Positions 31,128-41,315 of a stretch of DNA of 64,000 nt are shown here, in pieces; the stretch's first letter is position 1; every line of letters begins with the position of its first letter. The DNA lies in assembly GCA_965208575.1 (NCBI GenBank), contig CBDBOV010000003.1, positions 320,001 through 384,000 on the forward strand, written 5' to 3'. The notes beneath the pieces were generated by a model. The model did no database searches and was not told where the DNA came from. It saw only the letters and a list, made by a program, of their open reading frames with translations. A program made the position numbers and the translations under genes. This DNA is from Spirochaetia bacterium (lineage in GTDB: Bacteria; Spirochaetota; Spirochaetia; SZUA-6; Bin103).

Positions 31128-31259
31128 GGCGCGAAGCGAGCGCGCCGGCGGTGAAAGGCAGCGCGCCGCCGGTGGGGGCGGGCGCGTTGCCGGGCGACGC
31201 GGGCGCAATCCGGACGGGATGCGAGCGCGCGTCGAAGTTGCTCGGGGCGGCGCCCGCGC

Positions 31260-31466
31260 TCAACGCCGGCGGCGCTGTAGCACGACCCGGACGCCGAGGC
31301 CGACCGGGAATGCGACGATCAGGGCACCCAGAATCAGCACGATGGCGGCCGGTCCGAGGCCGGGGATGGCGTCGATGCGTTCCCGGATCCATGCCAGCAG
31401 CGTCGGGTCGGCCGGCTCCGAGTGGTGCAGCAGTACCGGCAGAATCGTCACGACCGGCAGCATCAC
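31260..31466 (-). CDS. Small membrane protein
   Basis: 68 aa with hydrophobic helix AAIVLILGALIVAFPVGL, immediately after the MFS gene. Confidence 0.55.
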   Translation of the reverse strand: MMLPVVTILPVLLHHSEPADPTLLAWIRERIDAIPGLGPAAIVLILGALIVAFPVGLGVRVVLQRRRR

Positions 31467-31472
31467 GTCTGC

Positions 31473-32786
31473 CTACGCGGGTTGCGGAGCCGCCACGTAG
31501 CGGCTGGAGTAGCGCCGCTCGCGGATGCTGAGGCTCACCAGGCCGGCGCCCGCCAGGGTCGCCACGCAGGCCAGGAACGCGTAGTCGTAGCTGCCCTGCG
31601 CGTCGAACACCAGGCCGAACAGGTACACCGCCAGCGCGCCGCCCGCCTGGTGCGCGAAATTGATCAGGCCGGCCAGGGTGCCGAGGTGGCGGACGCCGTA
31701 CACGTCGGCGGCCAGCGAGGTGGTGAGGGGCACGGTGGCCAGCCACGAGGCGCCGCCCACGATGGCGAAGCCCCACAGCGCCGCGGACCCGGGCAGCACC
31801 ACCAGCAGCAGGAAGGCGACGCCGCGCACCAGGTACACGGTGCCGAGCAGGATCCTGCGCGGCACGCGGTCGGAGAGCGGCCCGACCAGCAGCACGCCGA
31901 CCGCGTTGATGCCGCTCAGCAGGCCGAACGCGAGTGCGGCGGTGGCCGGCGTGATGCCCTCCGCGCCCGCCCAGCGCACGTAGTGCACGGAGATGGAGGC
32001 GGTAGTGACGCCGCACACCCAGTAGGCGATGGAAAGCTGCCACATCGGCGCGGAGCGGAACGCGTCGCTCCAGCGGCCGGCCAGCAGCGGCCCGGCGGGA
32101 GCGGGCGGACGCGCGCCGCCGGAGAGCGCGCCGTCGCCGTCGGGCTGCAGGCCCAGGTCCGCCGGGTCGTCGCGCAACACCAGGTAGAGCAGCGGCACGC
32201 CGAGCACCAGCACGATGCCGCCGCCGATCAGCCAGGCGCTGCGCCAGTTGGTCCACAGGAACAGGTAGGTCAGGAACGGGACCAGCACCAGCCCGCCGAC
32301 CGAACCGCCCGACGTCAACAGGCTCATCGCCGCGCCGCGCTTGCGCCGGAACCAGCGTACCACGACCGCGCCCGGCGGCCCGCCGGCCAGCCCCGCCGCC
32401 GCCAGCGACATCACCGCCCCGTAGATGACGATCAGGTGGAACACGCTGTTCGCGGCCGCCATCAGCAGCACCGAGGCGCCGAGCAGCAGCGCCGCCACGG
32501 TGATCACGATGCGCCCGCCGATGCGGTCGATCAGCCAGCCCATCATCACCTGGCTGGCGCCGTTGACGAACCAGCCGACCGATGCCGCCAGCGAGACGGC
32601 GGCCACGCCGACCCCGAACTCGGTCTGCCAGGTTTCGACGAAGATGCCGAATCCCTGCCGAATGCCGATGCTCAGGAACATGGCGAAGAACAGGGCGCCC
32701 GCCACGTACCAGCCGTAGTACGGCCCCGAGTGGTGCGGCTGCGACGGTGCCGCCGGATCGGCGCCGGGCGGCCCTTGGCTGGTCAT
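31473..32786 (-). CDS. MFS transporter
   Basis: GWLIDRIGGR motif A; 12 TM pattern; YYGWYV N-terminus. Confidence 0.92.
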   Translation of the reverse strand: MTSQGPPGADPAAPSQPHHSGPYYGWYVAGALFFAMFLSIGIRQGFGIFVETWQTEFGVGVAAVSLAASVGWFVNGASQVMMGWLIDRIGGRIVITVAALLLGASVLLMAAANSVFHLIVIYGAVMSLAAAGLAGGPPGAVVVRWFRRKRGAAMSLLTSGGSVGGLVLVPFLTYLFLWTNWRSAWLIGGGIVLVLGVPLLYLVLRDDPADLGLQPDGDGALSGGARPPAPAGPLLAGRWSDAFRSAPMWQLSIAYWVCGVTTASISVHYVRWAGAEGITPATAALAFGLLSGINAVGVLLVGPLSDRVPRRILLGTVYLVRGVAFLLLVVLPGSAALWGFAIVGGASWLATVPLTTSLAADVYGVRHLGTLAGLINFAHQAGGALAVYLFGLVFDAQGSYDYAFLACVATLAGAGLVSLSIRERRYSSRYVAAPQPA

Positions 32787-32802
32787 GGCGCCGGGAGGGG
32801 CC

Positions 32803-33609
32803 TCACGCGCTGCGCCGCCACAGCAGCGGATTCTGCCGTTCGTCGTCGAGCGGGTCGCCGATTTCGAGCGCGGCCACCTGGGCGTCGGACAGGACGTTCT
32901 GGATGCCGTTGAACACCGAGCCGTCCGGCATGTAGCCGGCGGTCATCGCGCGCCGCCAGGTGGGCGTCATGTTGGGACCGGCGCCGTGCGCCAGCAGACC
33001 GTTGTGGAAGCCGGCGTCGCCCGGCTCCATCTCGCCGGCCACCGGCATGACGCCGCTGAACTGCGGGAACTTCTCGAAGTACTCCGATATCTCCACGCCG
33101 ATGCCGGTATCGCTGAAGTCGTTCACCCTGTGGCTGCCCGGCAGGTAGTACATGCAGCCGTTCTGCAGCGTCGCCGGGTCGAGCGCGATCCAGATCGACA
33201 GCGCGTGCGGCGAGTGGTAGGACCACTTGGGGTTGTCGGAGTGCCAGGCGGTGGGGTTGGCCCACGGCTGCTTCTGCAGCGTCTGGTCGTGCCAGATCCG
33301 GATGCCGTCGATGCCTTCCAGCTTGCACAGCATCTCGCCCAGCTCCGCCGCCAGCATGTACTTCTTCACCGCGGCGCTGATCTTCCACAGGTTGAGACGC
33401 TGCACGAACACGCGGTCGTAGAAGGTGTCTCCCTCGATCCACCGGTCGCCGGTGTTGTCGGTCAGCTTGTTCCTGCCCATCTGCGCAACCGCCTGCTCGA
33501 CGCCGGCGCGCAACTCGCCGAGTTCGGCGTCGTCCAGAAACCGGCGCACGACCAGAAATCCGTTGTCGCGGTACGAATTGATCTGTTCGTCGGTCAATCT
33601 TGTATTCAT
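32803..33609 (-). CDS. PhyH-family dioxygenase
   Basis: WHSD, NGCMYYLPGSH, AHGAGPN. Confidence 0.9.
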   Translation of the reverse strand: MNTRLTDEQINSYRDNGFLVVRRFLDDAELGELRAGVEQAVAQMGRNKLTDNTGDRWIEGDTFYDRVFVQRLNLWKISAAVKKYMLAAELGEMLCKLEGIDGIRIWHDQTLQKQPWANPTAWHSDNPKWSYHSPHALSIWIALDPATLQNGCMYYLPGSHRVNDFSDTGIGVEISEYFEKFPQFSGVMPVAGEMEPGDAGFHNGLLAHGAGPNMTPTWRRAMTAGYMPDGSVFNGIQNVLSDAQVAALEIGDPLDDERQNPLLWRRSA

Positions 33610-34478
33610 CGTTCTCCCTTCCGGTCGTCACTGTATCGAATTGGTGCCGCGCTGTCCCCGCGGGAGCCGCGCGCGCGCAGCCACTCGACGGCGGCCATGA
33701 ACAGCAGCGCGAGCGCGAACAGGAAGGTGGCCACCGCCAGGATCGCCGGGCTGATCTCTTCGCGGATGCCCGACCACATCTGGCGCGGCACGGTGCGCTG
33801 CTCCAGGCCGCCGATGAACAGCACGGTCACCACCTCGTCGAACGAGGTCGCGAACGCGAACAGCGCGCCCGACACCACGCCCGGCGCGATCAGCGGCAAC
33901 TGGACGCGGCGGAACGCGGTCAGCGGCCCGGCGCCCAGGCTGGCCGCGGCGCGCACCAGGTTGCGGTCGAAGCCGGCCAGCGACGCGGTGACGGTGATTA
34001 CCACGAACGGCGCGCCCAGGGTGGCATGGGCCAGGATCAGCCCGAGGTGGGTCTGCGCCAGGCCGACCGAGGAGTAGAAGAAGAACATGCCTACCGCGGA
34101 GATGATCAGCGGCGTGATCATGGGTGAAATCAACAGTGCGGTAACGGCTGCCCGGCCCGGCATGGCCGGGTGGGACAGGCCGAGCGCCGCCAGGGTGCCG
34201 AGCAGCGTGGCCAGGATGGTGGCGGCGCTGCCGATCACCAGGCTGTTGGCGAGCGCCCGGTGCCACTCCCGGTCTTCCGCGACGTTCCGGTACCAGCGCA
34301 GCGACCAGGCGTCGGGATCGAGCCGCAGCATGCCCTCCGTGAAGGTGAAGTAGGGTTCCGCGTTGAAGCTCAGTGGCACCACCACCAGCAGCGGCGCGAT
34401 CAGGAACAGCAGCACCAGGCCGCACAACGTCGAGAACGCCAGGCGCGCGGCCCGTGCGCCGATGGTACGCGTCAGCAT
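33606..34478 (-). CDS. Polyamine-type ABC permease (PotC-like)
   Basis: AAASLGA EAA loop, SFDEVV. Confidence 0.9.
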   Translation of the reverse strand: MLTRTIGARAARLAFSTLCGLVLLFLIAPLLVVVPLSFNAEPYFTFTEGMLRLDPDAWSLRWYRNVAEDREWHRALANSLVIGSAATILATLLGTLAALGLSHPAMPGRAAVTALLISPMITPLIISAVGMFFFYSSVGLAQTHLGLILAHATLGAPFVVITVTASLAGFDRNLVRAAASLGAGPLTAFRRVQLPLIAPGVVSGALFAFATSFDEVVTVLFIGGLEQRTVPRQMWSGIREEISPAILAVATFLFALALLFMAAVEWLRARGSRGDSAAPIRYSDDRKGER

Positions 34479-34481
34479 GGG

Positions 34482-35699
34482 TCAGCCCAGGCGCAGGCGG
34501 GCGATGCCCACCACGCGGTCGTACGCCGCGTAGAACGCCAGCACGCACAGCAGCAGAATGCCGCCGAGCGCCGCCGCCAGCCCCCAGTTGAGCGATTCCT
34601 GCATGTGGTAGGCGATCAGGTTGGAGATGAGCTGTCCCGTGCGCCCGCCGACCAGGGCCGGGGTGATGTAGTAGCCGAGCGCCACGATGAACACCAGCAG
34701 GGTGCCGGCGCCCACGCCGGGCAGCGACAACGGCCAGTACACGCGCACGAACCCCTGCACCGGCCCCGCGCCGAGCGAGGAGGCCGCGCGCAGGTATTGT
34801 GGATGGATGGCGCGCATCACGGAGTACAGCGGGAGCACCATGAACGGCAGCAGCACGTGGGTCATGGCGATCAGCGTGCCGGTCATGTTGTACACCATGG
34901 CGAGCCGCCGGTCGTCGCCGATCGCGCCCGCCGCCACCAGCAGGTCGTTGATCACTCCCTGCGTCTGCAGCAGCACGATCCACGACGTGGTGCGGACCAG
35001 GAGCGAGGTCCAGAACGGCAGCAGGACGCCGACCAGCAGCAGGGCGGCGCGGCGCGGCGGCGCGTGGGCGATGAGGAAGGCGAGCGGGTAGCCGAGCAGC
35101 AGGCACAGTGCCGTAACCGCGAGGCTGACCAGGAAGGTGCGCGCGAACAACTGCAGGTAGATGCGCTGCTCCTCCGGCCGGCGCACGATGCGGCCGTCCG
35201 CGCCGCGGTCGCGGTCGAGCGCGTTCAGATAGTGGCGCAGCGTCCAGCGCTGCCCGGCGCGCTGCAGCGCCAGCCAGGTGCCCGGCTCTCCCCAGGCGGG
35301 ATCGGCCGCCACCATCGCCGCCCGCCAGGACTCCGGCTCGGCGTCCTGCAACCGCCGCGTGCTGCGCGTGATAACGCTGCGCAGTCCCGACTCGATGCGG
35401 TTTACGCGCGTCGCGATCTGGCCGATGGTGCGTTGCTCGCGTGCCCGCAGCAACTCTTCCGCGGCAGCCGCGAACACCTCCTCGCCCGGCGCCTCGCCGC
35501 CGTCCCAGGCGCGCAGCAGGGCGAGCGTCCGCGGCAGCGCGTCGGCGACGGTCGGGTCGTGCACGCTGCGCACCAGCATCGTCGCCAGCGGCGCTACGAA
35601 CGCCGCGCCGATGAACGCCACCAGCGGCAGCACCAGGGCCGCGGCGCGCCAGCCCCCGCCGCTGCGCCGGAGTCCGGGGCCGCGCCGCGCCGCGGTCAG
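34482..35699 (-). CDS. Polyamine-type ABC permease (PotB-like)
   Basis: LPFWTSLLVRT, LLPFMVLPLY, GYYITPALVGG; start approximate. Confidence 0.88.
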   Translation of the reverse strand: MTAARRGPGLRRSGGGWRAAALVLPLVAFIGAAFVAPLATMLVRSVHDPTVADALPRTLALLRAWDGGEAPGEEVFAAAAEELLRAREQRTIGQIATRVNRIESGLRSVITRSTRRLQDAEPESWRAAMVAADPAWGEPGTWLALQRAGQRWTLRHYLNALDRDRGADGRIVRRPEEQRIYLQLFARTFLVSLAVTALCLLLGYPLAFLIAHAPPRRAALLLVGVLLPFWTSLLVRTTSWIVLLQTQGVINDLLVAAGAIGDDRRLAMVYNMTGTLIAMTHVLLPFMVLPLYSVMRAIHPQYLRAASSLGAGPVQGFVRVYWPLSLPGVGAGTLLVFIVALGYYITPALVGGRTGQLISNLIAYHMQESLNWGLAAALGGILLLCVLAFYAAYDRVVGIARLRLG

Positions 35700-36778
35700 C
35701 GTACCAGCCACGCTCCGAAACGCTCGTTCACCTGTTCGCCGAAGTCGGCCCACCAGGCCCAGTCGTTGAACACCGACCGCTCCAGCCGCTCCGGGGTGGC
35801 CGGCATGTGCGGCGCCATCTCGACGCCGGTGTCCGCGTGCGTGGTGATCAGCGCCATGGCCGAGCCGCGGACCGGGCTGTAGGAGATGTAGCGGCTCATC
35901 GCGGCCATCGACTCCGGGCGGGCGGCGAACGCCAGAAACTCGAGTGCCGTATCCAGGTTCGGGGATCCCGCCACGATGGTGAGCTGCCCGTGATCCAGTA
36001 CCTGGCCGTCCCAGACGATCTCGAACGGCTGATTCTCCACCACCTGCGCGTCGAACAGGCGCCCATTGTAGGCGGTGGTCATCACCACCTCGCCGTCGGC
36101 CAGCATCTGCGGCGGCTGTGCTCCCGCCTCCCACCAGATCACGTGTTCCTTGATCGAATCGAGCTTGGCGAACGCCCGGTCGATGCCGCCGGGAGCACTC
36201 AGCACCTCGTATACCCGGTCGACCGGCACGCCGTCGGCCACCAGCGCGAATTCCAGGTTGCCGTACGGCGAGCGGCGCATCCCGCGCCGTCCGGGGAACC
36301 GTTCCAGGTCGAAGAAATCGGCCATCGTGGCAGGCTGCTCACCCGGGAAATGGTCGCGGTGGTAGGCGTAGACGGTAGAGTAGAAGATCAACCCGACGCC
36401 GCAATCGGACAGCGTACCGGGCAGGAAGTCGCCGGCCGCCTCGGCCGCGTCCTGGTCCGGGAACAGGGCGGCGGGGTCGAGCTCTTCGAGCAGGCCCTCG
36501 TCACAACCGCGGATGGCGTCCGCCGACTCCAGGTCGACCACGTCCCAGTGCACGTTGCCGGTCTCCACCTGCGCGCGGATCTCGGCCAGGCCGCCGTTGA
36601 AGTCTTCCATGCCGATTCTGGCGCCGGTGTCGGCGCCGAACGGCTGCAGCAGCGCCCGGTCGGTGGCTCGGCCGTAGGCACCGCCCCAGGACACCATGGT
36701 CATCCGTTCCTGCGCCCCCGCCCAGGCGGCAGCCAACAGGCCGGCCGCGGCAAGGCACGCGGCAATCTTTTTCGTCAT
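35696..36778 (-). CDS. Polyamine-type ABC substrate-binding protein (PotD-like)
   Basis: Signal peptide, VSWGGAY, WDVVD, AYNGR. Confidence 0.9.
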   Translation of the reverse strand: MTKKIAACLAAAGLLAAAWAGAQERMTMVSWGGAYGRATDRALLQPFGADTGARIGMEDFNGGLAEIRAQVETGNVHWDVVDLESADAIRGCDEGLLEELDPAALFPDQDAAEAAGDFLPGTLSDCGVGLIFYSTVYAYHRDHFPGEQPATMADFFDLERFPGRRGMRRSPYGNLEFALVADGVPVDRVYEVLSAPGGIDRAFAKLDSIKEHVIWWEAGAQPPQMLADGEVVMTTAYNGRLFDAQVVENQPFEIVWDGQVLDHGQLTIVAGSPNLDTALEFLAFAARPESMAAMSRYISYSPVRGSAMALITTHADTGVEMAPHMPATPERLERSVFNDWAWWADFGEQVNERFGAWLVR

Positions 36779-37941
36779 CGTTCATCCTCCTCCGGCTCGC
36801 GGGAGTCCGCCAGCGCGCGGCAGTCCGCGGCCGCCCAACCGATCGCTATCTCGTCTCCTTCCAGCATCGCGCCGTGCCCTACGATGTTGGGGATCCGCAA
36901 GAGGTACTCGGTACGCCGGTCCACGCTCGCGTGCACGACCAGGTGGTCGCCGAGGAACGTGATCATCTCCACGCGCGCCGGAAACTGATTGCGGTAGGCG
37001 CCGTTGCGCCGGGCAATGCCGATCCGCTCCGGGCGGATGGCAACGGTCACCCGGTCGCCGGGCACACAGTCGGCCACCCGGTACGCCACCACGGTCCGGC
37101 CGTTCACGTCCACCCGGCAGTAGTCGCCGTCGACCGCCGCCACGCTGCCGTCCACCAGGTTGTTGCCGCCGATGAAGCGCGCCACGAACGGTCGCTCCGG
37201 CTCTTCGTAGAGGATCTCCGGCGCCGCCACCTGCTCGATGCGCCCGTCGCGAAAGACCGCGATGCGGTCCGACATGACCATCGCTTCCTGCTGGTCGTGG
37301 GTGACGTACACGATGGTGACGCCGAGACGGCGGTGAATGCGGCGGATCTCGTACTGCATCTCTTCGCGCAGGTTGCGGTCGAGCGCACCGAGCGGTTCGT
37401 CCATCAGTACGAGGTTCGGTTCGAACACCAGTGCGCGGGCGATGGCCACCCGCTGCTGCTGGCCGCCCGACAACTGCCCGGGACGCCGCTCCTCGTACCC
37501 TTCCAGCCGCACCAGGCTGAGCGCGCGCCGCACCCGCTGCCGGCGCTGGTTCGCGTCGACGCGCCGCACCTCGAGCGGAAACGACAGGTTCGCGCCGACG
37601 CTGAGATGGGGGAACAGCGCGTAGTTCTGGAACACGACGCCGATGTTGCGCTGCCGCGCGGGCAGATCGTGCACCGAGCGCCCGTCGATGCGGATGGCGC
37701 CGGACGAGGGCGCCTCGAACCCGGCGAGCATCATCAGGCAGGTGGTCTTGCCGGAGCCCGACGGTCCGAGCAGGGTCAGGAACTCACCGGCGCGGATATC
37801 GAGGTCGAGGTCGCGAACCACCATGGTGCGCCCGTCGTAGCTCTTGGCGATGTTCCGGAACTGAACGTGCGGCTGATCGGATGCTGCGCGGCGCGTCTTC
37901 GGCCCGGCGGCAGGAGCACCGCGCTCCATGGCGGTCGCCAT
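36775..37941 (-). CDS. ABC transporter ATP-binding protein (PotA-like)
   Basis: [27 protein letters not shown]-like C-terminus. Confidence 0.93.
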   Translation of the reverse strand: MATAMERGAPAAGPKTRRAASDQPHVQFRNIAKSYDGRTMVVRDLDLDIRAGEFLTLLGPSGSGKTTCLMMLAGFEAPSSGAIRIDGRSVHDLPARQRNIGVVFQNYALFPHLSVGANLSFPLEVRRVDANQRRQRVRRALSLVRLEGYEERRPGQLSGGQQQRVAIARALVFEPNLVLMDEPLGALDRNLREEMQYEIRRIHRRLGVTIVYVTHDQQEAMVMSDRIAVFRDGRIEQVAAPEILYEEPERPFVARFIGGNNLVDGSVAAVDGDYCRVDVNGRTVVAYRVADCVPGDRVTVAIRPERIGIARRNGAYRNQFPARVEMITFLGDHLVVHASVDRRTEYLLRIPNIVGHGAMLEGDEIAIGWAAADCRALADSREPEEDER

Positions 37942-38085
37942 GATACCAATTTGCTGCCGCGCGGCGCGCCTGTCAATTCGGCCCGCGACCCGCGACCCGC
38001 GGCGCAAGGCGCGCGCGTGCAGTCATGCACGCCTGGCAACGGTTCGGTATACTGCGGGCCGCAACAATTTCGAAGGAGATTTCAC

Positions 38086-38607
38086 ATGGCACGGAGTGGA
38101 GAGATTACGTTCAGGGGCAATCCGATGACGCTGGCGGGCGAGCGGCTGGACGCCGGACAAGCGGCGCCCGACTTCAGGCTGCACTATTTCGACGACGGCA
38201 TGCAGGAGCTCACGCTTGCCGATCTGAAGGGCAAGCCGAGTCTGATCAGCGTGGTGCCGTCACTGGACACGCCGGTGTGCGCGGCGCAGACGAGCCGCTT
38301 CAACGCAGAGCTGGCGGCCCTGCAGGACAAGGTCAACGCGGTCACGGTCAGTTGCGATCTGCCGTTCGCGATGGCGCGCTTCTGCGGCAGCGAGGAGATC
38401 GCCAACATCCGGGTCGCGAGCGACTACCAGGAGCGTGCGTTCGGCGCCGATTGGGGGACCCTGATCGAGGAACTGAAGCTGCTTGCGCGCGCGGTGTACG
38501 TGCTCGATGCGGACGGCACCGTCGTGTACGGGCAGATCGTCCCCGAGGTGGTCGACGAGCCGGACTACGACGCCGCGCTGGCGGCCCTCAAACAACAACT
38601 CGCGTAG
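38086..38607 (+). CDS. tpx: Thiol peroxidase
   Basis: VPSLDTPVC, SCDLPFAMARFC, EPDYDAAL. Confidence 0.95.
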   Translation: MARSGEITFRGNPMTLAGERLDAGQAAPDFRLHYFDDGMQELTLADLKGKPSLISVVPSLDTPVCAAQTSRFNAELAALQDKVNAVTVSCDLPFAMARFCGSEEIANIRVASDYQERAFGADWGTLIEELKLLARAVYVLDADGTVVYGQIVPEVVDEPDYDAALAALKQQLA

Positions 38608-39338
38608 CGCCCCCCAAGCGGCCGGCCACCGCGCCGCTTCGGACCGCCGGGCCGGCGGCGCGCCAGCCGCGGCCGCGGAGACGCGGGTTCCCGCATGGAT
38701 GGGGCCGGGCGTGCGCGTGCAGGGGCAATCAGCATGCCACGCACCTATACTCTCCTCCTGCACGACACCGTGCGCGCGTACCTCCTGTCCCTGGGCGGCC
38801 GCGCCCGGCAACGCCTGCGCGAGAAGCTGGAGTTCCTGCAGCTTGGCCTGTGGGACACCGGCGTGCGCGTCAAGAAGCTCAAGGGAGCGGCGCGCGCGGT
38901 GTTCGAGGCGCGGCTGACTCGCGGCGACCGGATCCTGTTTACGCTCGGACGTGACACGGGCGGTGCCACGCCGATCTACGTGTGGGGCGTGGTGCAACAC
39001 GACGACGTCAGCGCCGCCGAGCGCCGCATCGTGCCGGCGAACGCGCCGTTTCTCGATTTCGAGCCGTTCGCCGTCGAGAATCTGCCGGAATTGGACGCGG
39101 ACTCGCTCGACGGCGAGTACTTCTCGCTGCTGCAGTCGCACCCCGCGGCCGCGCCCGGCGCCGGCGCGCGCCGCGACGCGCCGGCCGCGGCCGAGTGGTC
39201 CGCGGATGGCGCGGACACCGGGCCGCAACGCTGGCTGGTGGTGGACGACGAGGAGTGGCGGCGCCTGCAGGAGGCGCATCGGAGCGACCACCTCGAGCTG
39301 TACCTCTCCCTGACGCGCGAGCAGGCGCGCTTGCTTAG

Positions 39339-41315
39339 CCGAGGTTTGAGAGGCCGTTCTTGTAACTGTTTCCTATTACAGGAATTAGCGTGTTCATGGG
39401 TGTAAATCGTGTCCATGTAAATAGTCCTGTGGTTCAGCGTTAATTTTCTCTCATCTGGTTGACATGTAATTATTAAATGATCTACCATTCCCTCCGTAGG
39501 GTGCCCATGTACATCGACACCGTCCCCAACCGCAACTCTCCCCCAGCCGTCCTCCTCCGCGAGTCCTTCCGCCAGCACGGCAAGGTCAAAAAACGCACCA
39601 TCGCCAACCTCTCCAAGTGGCCCGATCACCTCGTCGAGGGTTTGCGCGTCCTCCTCAACGGCGGTATCGCTCTGCGCTCTCCCAACGAACTGCTCTCCAT
39701 CTTGCGCAGCTATCCCCACGGCCACGTCGCCGCCGTCCTCGGTTCCCTCCGCAAGCTCTCCCTCCATTCCCTCGTCGCTCGTCCCGCCTCCCGTGAACGC
39801 GACCTGGTCGTCGCCATGATCGTCGCTCGCGTCGTCGACGCTCGCTCCAAACTCGCCACCGCTCGCGGCCTGAACCCCGAAAGCGCCGTCTCCTCCCTCG
39901 GCCACCTGCTGCAGTTGGGAGCCGTCGACGAGAATGAGCTGTATGCCGCCATGGATTGGCTGCTCGCTCGCCAGCACGGCATCGAGCAGCGCTTGGCCAA
40001 GCGCCATCTGCATGACAACACGCTCATGTTGTACGACCTGACTTCCAGTTACTTCCATGGCCACACCTGCCCGTTGGCGCGCCGTGGTCACAGCCGCGAC
40101 GGCAAACGCGGCACCTTGCAGATCGTGTTCGGCCTGCTGTGTACCGCAGACGGCTGTCCCATCGCCGTCGAGGTATTCGAGGGCTCCACCAGTGACCCCA
40201 AGACGGTCGCCGCTCAGGTCGACAAGATTCGCAACCGTTTCGGCTTGCAGCGCGTCGTGCTGGTCGGCGACCGCGGCATGCTCACCGGCGCGCGCATCCG
40301 CGAGGACCTGCAGGGGATCGACGGCCTGCGCTGGATCACGACCCTGCGGGCGCCCACCATCCGCAAGCTGATCGAGGCCGGCGAAGTGGCGCAGACCATG
40401 TTCGACGAGCGTGACCTGGCGGAGATCAGCTCACCCGAGTTCCCCGGCGAGCGGCTGATCGTGTGCCGCAACCCGATCCTGGCCGAGCAACGGCAGCGCA
40501 AGAGGCAGAAGTTGCTGGCCTCCACGGAGGAGGAACTGACGCCGATCGTGACGGCCACGCAGCGCGCCAAAAAGCCGCTGCGCGGCGCCGCCGCGATCGG
40601 CCTGCGGGTGGGCAAGGTGATCAACCACTACAAGGTGGGCAAGCATTTCACCACCACCATCACCGACGACTCGTTCTCGTTCGTGCGTGACCTGGACAAG
40701 ATCGCGGCCGAGGAAGAACTGGACGGGCTCTACATCGTGCGCTCCAACGTGGAGCCGGAGCTGTTCGACGCCGAGCAGACGGTGACGGCGTACAAGGATC
40801 TGGCCAAGGTGGAGCGCGCCTTCCGCAGCATGAAAACGGTGGATCTGAAGGTGCGACCGATCTATCACCGCAGTGCTGACCGGGTGCGGGCGCACGTGTT
40901 CCTGTGCATGCTGGCCTACTACGTGGAGTGGCACATGCGCAGCAAGCTGGCGCCGGTGCTGTTCGACGACCACGACCGCGCCGCCGGCGAGGCGCTGCGC
41001 GAGTCGGTGGTGCAACCGGCGGAACGCTCACCGGCCGCACACCGGAAGGCGGCGAGCAAGCGTACCGACGACGGTCTGCCGGTGCACAGCTTTCGCAGCC
41101 TGATGAGCGAGTTGGGGACGCTGACGGCCAACCGCGTGCGGATAGTGGATAGCGGCGCCACGTTCACCATGCACAGCGAACCGACCGCGCTGCAGCAGCG
41201 CTGTTTCGATCTCCTGGAGGTCAGCGCCCAAGTGTAGCCAGTAACGGACATCGGCTGTTGAGCGCAATTTTCAGATCAATAACGAATTAACAAGATTCCC
41301 GCTCTGGAACTTCGG
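39339..41315 (+). mobile_element. IS1634-family insertion sequence (1977 bp)
   Basis: Imperfect terminal IRs CCGAGGTTTGAGAG / CCGAAGTTCCAGAG; 5-bp TSD CTTAG at 39334-39338 and 41316-41320. Confidence 0.95.
39507..41237 (+). CDS. IS1634-family DDE transposase
   Basis: LYDLTSSYF, RGHSRD, VGDRGM, VERAFRSMK..VRPIYH; TTGACA-18-TACCAT promoter at 39459-39488. Confidence 0.95.
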   Translation: MYIDTVPNRNSPPAVLLRESFRQHGKVKKRTIANLSKWPDHLVEGLRVLLNGGIALRSPNELLSILRSYPHGHVAAVLGSLRKLSLHSLVARPASRERDLVVAMIVARVVDARSKLATARGLNPESAVSSLGHLLQLGAVDENELYAAMDWLLARQHGIEQRLAKRHLHDNTLMLYDLTSSYFHGHTCPLARRGHSRDGKRGTLQIVFGLLCTADGCPIAVEVFEGSTSDPKTVAAQVDKIRNRFGLQRVVLVGDRGMLTGARIREDLQGIDGLRWITTLRAPTIRKLIEAGEVAQTMFDERDLAEISSPEFPGERLIVCRNPILAEQRQRKRQKLLASTEEELTPIVTATQRAKKPLRGAAAIGLRVGKVINHYKVGKHFTTTITDDSFSFVRDLDKIAAEEELDGLYIVRSNVEPELFDAEQTVTAYKDLAKVERAFRSMKTVDLKVRPIYHRSADRVRAHVFLCMLAYYVEWHMRSKLAPVLFDDHDRAAGEALRESVVQPAERSPAAHRKAASKRTDDGLPVHSFRSLMSELGTLTANRVRIVDSGATFTMHSEPTALQQRCFDLLEVSAQV

